From Elusimicrobia bacterium RIFCSPLOWO2_02_FULL_39_32 (GTDB lineage: Bacteria > Elusimicrobiota > Elusimicrobia > 2-02-FULL-39-32): a DNA stretch of 64,000 nt. Location: the NCBI GenBank assembly GCA_001800135.1, contig MGUU01000011.1, positions 8,842-72,841 of the forward strand, read 5' to 3'. Of this stretch, positions 59,300-64,000 are shown piece after piece (positions within the stretch are counted from its first letter, which is position 1; every line of letters begins with the position of its first letter). The notes beneath the pieces are model-generated. The model worked only from the letters and a program-made list of their open reading frames with translations. It was not told where the DNA came from and ran no database searches. The translations under genes were made by a program, and so were the position numbers.

Positions 59300-60547
59300 T
59301 TATTTTAGAAGTTGTTTCCTTAAAAGTTCTAAAATCATAAGAGCTGATTTTTCTTTTATTTCAAGACGTGTGCCATGAAAAATTTTAGTGCAAGTTAAGG
59401 AACCATTTTTAGAGGCAATGCCAAAACAGACCATCCCTACAGGTTTTAATTTTGTGGCTCCGGTTGGGCCAGCAATGCCAGTTATAGAAATCCCCCAATC
59501 TGAATCTGATTTCCTTAAAATCCCTTGAGCCATCTGTTTAGCAATTGGTTCACTGACAGCGCCAAAATTTTTAAGTGTTTTTTGATTTACCCCAAGCCAT
59601 TTAATTTTACTCTCATCTGAATAAGTCACAACACCTTCTTTAAAATAAGCTGAGCTCCCCGCAATATTAGTTATTTTATTGGCAATGAATCCACCAGTGC
59701 AGGATTCTGCCACAGCTAAAGTTTGCCCCCTCTTTTTTAAGAGCTGGCCAACCACGCTTTCCAGAGTCTCTTTATTTTTTCCGTAGAGTTCATCGCCTAA
59801 AATTTTGTAAAACTCTTTTTCAATTTCTAAAACACAATCTTCCACTGCATTTTTATTTTTTCCTTCTACCGTAACCTTCACATCAATGATAGAATAGTGC
59901 GCTAAAATTCCAAAAATAACTTTAAGCCCGGTCTTGTTCCAATTTTTTTCAACCACTGGTTTAATCTTCTCATCAATTTCTGATTCTGGTTTGCCAAAAA
60001 TGTGGAGGACGGATGTTTTTACAAAAAAAGAAGGAAAAATTTTTTTCAAGTAAGGAAGCACTTCTTCCTCCATCATAGGATATAACTCTTGCGGAGGCCC
60101 GGGTAAAAGAATCAAGTGACGATTTTTTAAAGTAATTATTTGTCCGGGCGCTGTGCCTACTTTATTAAGAAGCGCTTTAGCTCCTTGGAGCACATAAGCT
60201 TGACGATTATTTTCTTCAGGCATAGAAATTCCAACAGATTGGAATCTCTGCTCAATCTTTTTCAAAATTTCTTTGGAATAAAGAAGAGGCTTATTTAAAA
60301 CTTTAGAAACTGCTTCTCTAGTAAGATCATCAAAGGTTGGACCTAAACCACCGCAAGTTAAAACAATTTGAGAACGTTTTAAAGCCTCTTTTAAACAAGC
60401 CTCCACCTCTTTTTGATCGTCCCCTACAGTAGTGTCTCTTGTAAGAGATAATCCTATGGAAAGTAGATGTTCAGCAATCAATTGAACATTGGTATTGGTC
60501 TTATCCCTCAAGAGCTCAGAGCCAAAACAGATAAGTTCTATATGCAT
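59300..60547 (-). CDS. cinA: CinA family protein (MoCF-type N-domain plus CinA/PncC-like C-domain)
   Basis: N-terminal MHIELICFGSELL.....N......L...G........VGD and a C-terminal CinA domain (LAVAESCTGG...ANK.T...G.S). 415 aa. Confidence 0.85.
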   Translation of the reverse strand: MHIELICFGSELLRDKTNTNVQLIAEHLLSIGLSLTRDTTVGDDQKEVEACLKEALKRSQIVLTCGGLGPTFDDLTREAVSKVLNKPLLYSKEILKKIEQRFQSVGISMPEENNRQAYVLQGAKALLNKVGTAPGQIITLKNRHLILLPGPPQELYPMMEEEVLPYLKKIFPSFFVKTSVLHIFGKPESEIDEKIKPVVEKNWNKTGLKVIFGILAHYSIIDVKVTVEGKNKNAVEDCVLEIEKEFYKILGDELYGKNKETLESVVGQLLKKRGQTLAVAESCTGGFIANKITNIAGSSAYFKEGVVTYSDESKIKWLGVNQKTLKNFGAVSEPIAKQMAQGILRKSDSDWGISITGIAGPTGATKLKPVGMVCFGIASKNGSLTCTKIFHGTRLEIKEKSALMILELLRKQLLK

Positions 60548-60594
60548 TTAAATTATTAGTAAATCGAAAAAATTTAAAACACAGGTTAATATTT

Positions 60595-61164
60595 TCATTT
60601 TAATTTTCTATTTATCTCTTGCAGTATATTGCAGAACAATGCTCCCTGCTCAATGGCATCGTCTAAGGCGCGATGGGTATGGGGGAAAGAATCGAACCAT
60701 TCCTTGGGCATGCTCTTTTTCGTTGCGTTCCGGTACCCACTTTTCAAAAGAACCATGGCTAAGGTCTTGATGTCCAACGCTGAATGAGAAAATGGGCTTT
60801 CTCCGGTAAAACGAATGAGGTACCAATAGACAAATAGAAAATCGTACGCGGCAGGATATCCCACAAAAACAGGTAGTCCTGGCAAAGATTTCAACCATAA
60901 CAAATAATTCTTCATTGCCTTTTCTGGAGGCTCCAAATTCTGATGGCAAGCGTTCCATGCCTCTGGTTGAGACCGCCACCATTCCATTGTTTTTGGATTC
61001 TCTACCGCATCCGGCAAAGTTTCTAAATTAGAAGTAAACGTACCCACCAAAGTTTTATCAGCCCAATAGGCAGCGGATCCAAAACTAAGCATGGAATTAA
61101 TTCCGGGTATGGGACCATCCGCTTCGACATCCGTACTCACATAAATCTCTGGTTTTCTACTCAT
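60595..61164 (-). CDS. DEDDh 3'-5' exonuclease (oligoribonuclease/RNase T-like)
   Basis: Exo motifs I (STDVEADGP), II (YDFLF) and III (HRALDDA). 189 aa. 8-nt overlap with the upstream abiEii-like gene. Confidence 0.7.
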   Translation of the reverse strand: MSRKPEIYVSTDVEADGPIPGINSMLSFGSAAYWADKTLVGTFTSNLETLPDAVENPKTMEWWRSQPEAWNACHQNLEPPEKAMKNYLLWLKSLPGLPVFVGYPAAYDFLFVYWYLIRFTGESPFSHSALDIKTLAMVLLKSGYRNATKKSMPKEWFDSFPHTHRALDDAIEQGALFCNILQEINRKLK

Positions 61165-61993
61165 ATATTTTTTTTAAGTAGTCATTGAGATTGTTGATGA
61201 CATCATTAATTTTCTCCGGGACATCCTTCATTTTTTCTCGCTTCAAAAAATGTTCCCAATAGGTTTGAAGTTGCGCATATTCTGCTTGTTCAAACTGGAT
61301 TTGATTATGGAAAGGAGTCTTGCGATTATAAAACACGTCCTGAATACACTTTTTTAGATTCTTCCTATTGAGATCCTGCCGAATGAGCAAGAATAGGTCA
61401 TAATAATCCTTCATGCGAGTATTTCTCCCCTGCTTTTTGAAAATGATTTGCAGTTTTTCAGCAAAAATAGTTTCTGAAGGATATGCTAAAAGGGAGAAGG
61501 AGGGTCCAAAGATCGGTTTATCTTTATACCGCATTCGCTCTAAAGTCATTGCTACGGGTTCGACCAGATCGCCTATTGCCAAGTCTAAACGCACCATCCC
61601 ACGCATTTTCCCAAAGAGGAAATGACAAGCAATTCGAACCCCAGGATAATCCATTTCTGGATGAATAAGTGGAGCACCATCAATTTTTTTCCAAGTTATT
61701 CCATCATCTACCTCCATTTCTAAAATTGACCTGATAATTTTAACAATATCATCCACTTGATTATTTAATTGCTTGATAGAAAAATCCAAATCTCTAGTTT
61801 TTCGGCTTGTCTTGATTAAATAGGTAAGCAGAGATCCTCCCTTAAAAATAAACTTCTTAGCATAAGGAGAAATACTTAGGCGATAGAGAAATTGTTCCGA
61901 GGCCAGACGATTCAGCAACAACTGTAAATCAATCTTCTGAGCCCTAGAAATATTGAGCAGCTTGGCATGCAAACTTGGGATATTAACTGGCAT
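61157..61993 (-). CDS. AbiEii/AbiGii-family nucleotidyltransferase (DUF1814), type IV TA/abortive-infection toxin
   Basis: [12 protein letters not shown]...[11 protein letters not shown] matches the AbiEii Pol-beta-like NTase N-terminal motif. Confidence 0.7.
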   Translation of the reverse strand: MPVNIPSLHAKLLNISRAQKIDLQLLLNRLASEQFLYRLSISPYAKKFIFKGGSLLTYLIKTSRKTRDLDFSIKQLNNQVDDIVKIIRSILEMEVDDGITWKKIDGAPLIHPEMDYPGVRIACHFLFGKMRGMVRLDLAIGDLVEPVAMTLERMRYKDKPIFGPSFSLLAYPSETIFAEKLQIIFKKQGRNTRMKDYYDLFLLIRQDLNRKNLKKCIQDVFYNRKTPFHNQIQFEQAEYAQLQTYWEHFLKREKMKDVPEKINDVINNLNDYLKKIYE

Positions 61994-61995
61994 AT

Positions 61996-62577
61996 TTATT
62001 CGTCCGCCATAAGAACAGAGATTATTTCATCTAAAGGTTTCTTAAGTTTTCTAGCATAACTGCAGAGTTTTTGAATATTTTTATTTTTTTTCTTAAGGTA
62101 GCGTTTAAGCGCTTTAAGCGCTACTTCTTCTGTGTGGTATTTAAAAGCATCTACCACCGTTTTCTCAAGATCATAAATTCTTACCGTACGTTTACCAAAA
62201 GTGTGATGTTCTATTCCCAGAGTGTACGAGAATCCAGTAGGACGAATAACTCGATAAAGAGCGTTATGGATAATTTTTGGAGCGGGCAGAGCAATCCAAA
62301 CTTGACATTCTTCTGCATCTGTAAGGTCATAATAGGTTAGCGCTGAGACCCCGCAAACAACAGCTTCTGGATAAAGCGTACAGGCGACAATATATTTTTT
62401 AAGCGGGTGCGCCATCCAGTCCATATGTTTTGTATAAACGCCATGTTCTACCCTAACAATTATTTCTTTTTTAGCCAGACGAGAAAGCGTCATAGGACTA
62501 AATTTAAGTCTATGCGCTTCACTTGTTGTAATAACCGTATTGGCATCTATAAATTTTATTAGCTGCTCAGTCTTCAT
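61996..62577 (-). CDS. AbiEi-family antitoxin/transcriptional regulator
   Basis: N-terminal AbiEi_4-like wHTH (VITTSEAHRLKFSPMTLSRLAKKEIIVRVEHGVYT), directly upstream of the abiEii-like gene. Confidence 0.65.
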   Translation of the reverse strand: MKTEQLIKFIDANTVITTSEAHRLKFSPMTLSRLAKKEIIVRVEHGVYTKHMDWMAHPLKKYIVACTLYPEAVVCGVSALTYYDLTDAEECQVWIALPAPKIIHNALYRVIRPTGFSYTLGIEHHTFGKRTVRIYDLEKTVVDAFKYHTEEVALKALKRYLKKKNKNIQKLCSYARKLKKPLDEIISVLMADE

Positions 62578-62820
62578 TATAATCTAATGTTAACATAGTA
62601 ACATAAATAATTCAAGATGTTATTATATTAACATAACTAAAATGGATTGGGCTGCATCTATCCATCGCAAACATAAAATTATTTCAATTTTTAAATGCAA
62701 CCTTAGGGGGAACTGGTAGAAAATGATATATCTTATGCAACTAAACTTTCAACTGATATGCGTTTTTTTAGTTTGAGAGTACCTTTTGCACTTAAGTATT
62801 TTTGTACATTATTATTATCT

Positions 62821-63132
62821 TCAATGATAAAAACCTATTTTGGGTTCATTTTGAGAGATTGGAGCAAGTTCAATCTTGCCAAAACGCGCTTCATATTTCT
62901 TGATGTTATCTTCTAAAGCCAAGAGAAGTTTTTTTGCATGAGAAGGGGAGGTGACGATTCGGCTTTTAACTTTTACTTTAGGAGCTTGTGGCGGCAAAAA
63001 AATAAAATCAAGCACAATTTCAGTCTCTGAATGACTGACAATAGCTAGATTAACATAAGTTCCTTGAGCTACCTGTTCATCTATTTCAATTTGAATTTGA
63101 TTAGGAACTAGGTCACTTTTTTGGTTAGACAT
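62821..63132 (-). CDS. DUF3467 family protein
   Basis: I.I.IDE..A.G.Y.N.A.V.HS..E.VLDF.F..P and ...TS..HAK.L..AL.DNI.KYE..FG.I. ATG at 63132 (MSNQ...). Confidence 0.6.
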   Translation of the reverse strand: MSNQKSDLVPNQIQIEIDEQVAQGTYVNLAIVSHSETEIVLDFIFLPPQAPKVKVKSRIVTSPSHAKKLLLALEDNIKKYEARFGKIELAPISQNEPKIGFYH

Positions 63133-63368
63133 CTTGGCACCTCCTTCAAAGGAAAAAGTTTGGAATAGGGTCACGCCATTTAACCTTCATGCTCTCTTTA
63201 AAAATTCAGAAAACAAAAAATTGATAGGCTATTTAAACTGCCAGGGTTTATATAAAAATATATAGATAAGACAAATAATGGCTCCTAAGACTAAAGCGAA
63301 CCCGCCTAACAGTAATCCAATTTGTGAAGCTTTTTTTCTCTCTTCTTTTAAGGAGGGGTCTAGAACCA

Positions 63369-63968
63369 CTATTCTTCTATTTCGCTGTCCCAATAAACAT
63401 TATCAATAAATTTTTGCCAGGAAGCTTTAAACTTTATAAAAGTGGGTAATACTAAAGATTGAGCCCCTTTCCATCTGGGTCTAGAAGGTTCGATTAATAA
63501 TTTCATTCCAGCCTCATGAGGCAAACAGTCTCCTTTCTTAATGTTGCAAGGAATACAGGAAGTTACTACATTGTTCCAAGTGGATTGTCCTCCGCGTGAA
63601 GAAGGAACAATATGTTCCAAATTTAAATCTTTTGTTTGAAACTTTTTTCCACAATAGCAGCAGTGATAACCGTAATGCTCATAAATATTTCTGCGAGTAA
63701 ATTTAATTTCAGCCGCTGGAACCTGGTCGTAAGCTCTTAAGGCAATCACATCTGGAATGGCGATTTTAAAAGTAGGGGTATGGACAAAGCCGGCTGGATG
63801 ATCTTTAATTAAATTAGAAAGTTCTCTCCAATCAGAAAAATTGTAAGTATGGTACTCTTCATCTACAACACGAGCGTGATCTAAATAAAGAAGAGAAAGC
63901 GCCCTTCTCCAATTGGTGATGTGAATAGCATAAAAATTTCTATTTAAAACCAATACATCCGTGCTCAT
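63369..63968 (-). CDS. HNH endonuclease
   Basis: HNH motif CCYCGKKF....L.LEHIVPSSRGG....NNVVTSCIPCNIKKGD. Confidence 0.8.
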   Translation of the reverse strand: MSTDVLVLNRNFYAIHITNWRRALSLLYLDHARVVDEEYHTYNFSDWRELSNLIKDHPAGFVHTPTFKIAIPDVIALRAYDQVPAAEIKFTRRNIYEHYGYHCCYCGKKFQTKDLNLEHIVPSSRGGQSTWNNVVTSCIPCNIKKGDCLPHEAGMKLLIEPSRPRWKGAQSLVLPTFIKFKASWQKFIDNVYWDSEIEE

Positions 63969-64000
63969 AATAATTTAAATGTAACACTTTTTCCCCTTGG

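Overview
This window is low-GC (roughly mid-30s % by eye), densely coding bacterial chromosome carrying about 60 genes on both strands. From start to end it holds: (1) a housekeeping block ispE(partial)-spoVG-tRNA-Gln-glmU-prs-ctc(bL25)-pth, whose order resembles the Bacillus spoVG-prs-ctc-pth region; (2) a respiratory locus with Rieske Fe-S protein, long cytochrome b, a pentaheme c-type cytochrome, a monoheme cytochrome c and an orphan FixC/FixX pair; (3) two paralogous membrane proteins with wHTH-like tails in a very AT-rich islet; (4) clpB, pirin, dehydrogenases, a membrane PHP phosphoesterase, GDPD, Nudix, surE, rdgB, aconitase, greA, a GT2, a divergent NRAMP-like transporter and long-form ispG; (5) a probable lysine-catabolic trio (saccharopine-DH-like, ALDH, DUF1338/HglS-like); (6) a biotin operon bioB-DUF423-fabG-like-fabF-like-bioF-bioD with a candidate BirA operator; (7) a ~45-aa tandem-repeat secreted protein beside an operon of a FecR-domain protein plus two outer-membrane beta-barrels; (8) nrfHA, panD and a queuosine cluster (queF, queC, queA, tgt) interrupted by two unusual genes; (9) aroD-metH; (10) a terminal accessory/defence island with a HigB/HigA-like TA pair behind a poly-G tract, small membrane proteins, cinA, an AbiEi/AbiEii pair translationally coupled to a DEDDh exonuclease, a DUF3467 gene and an HNH endonuclease. 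I found no CRISPR array, rRNA, integrase or transposase. All calls rest on motif recognition in the supplied translations and reading of the DNA; no database searches were run.
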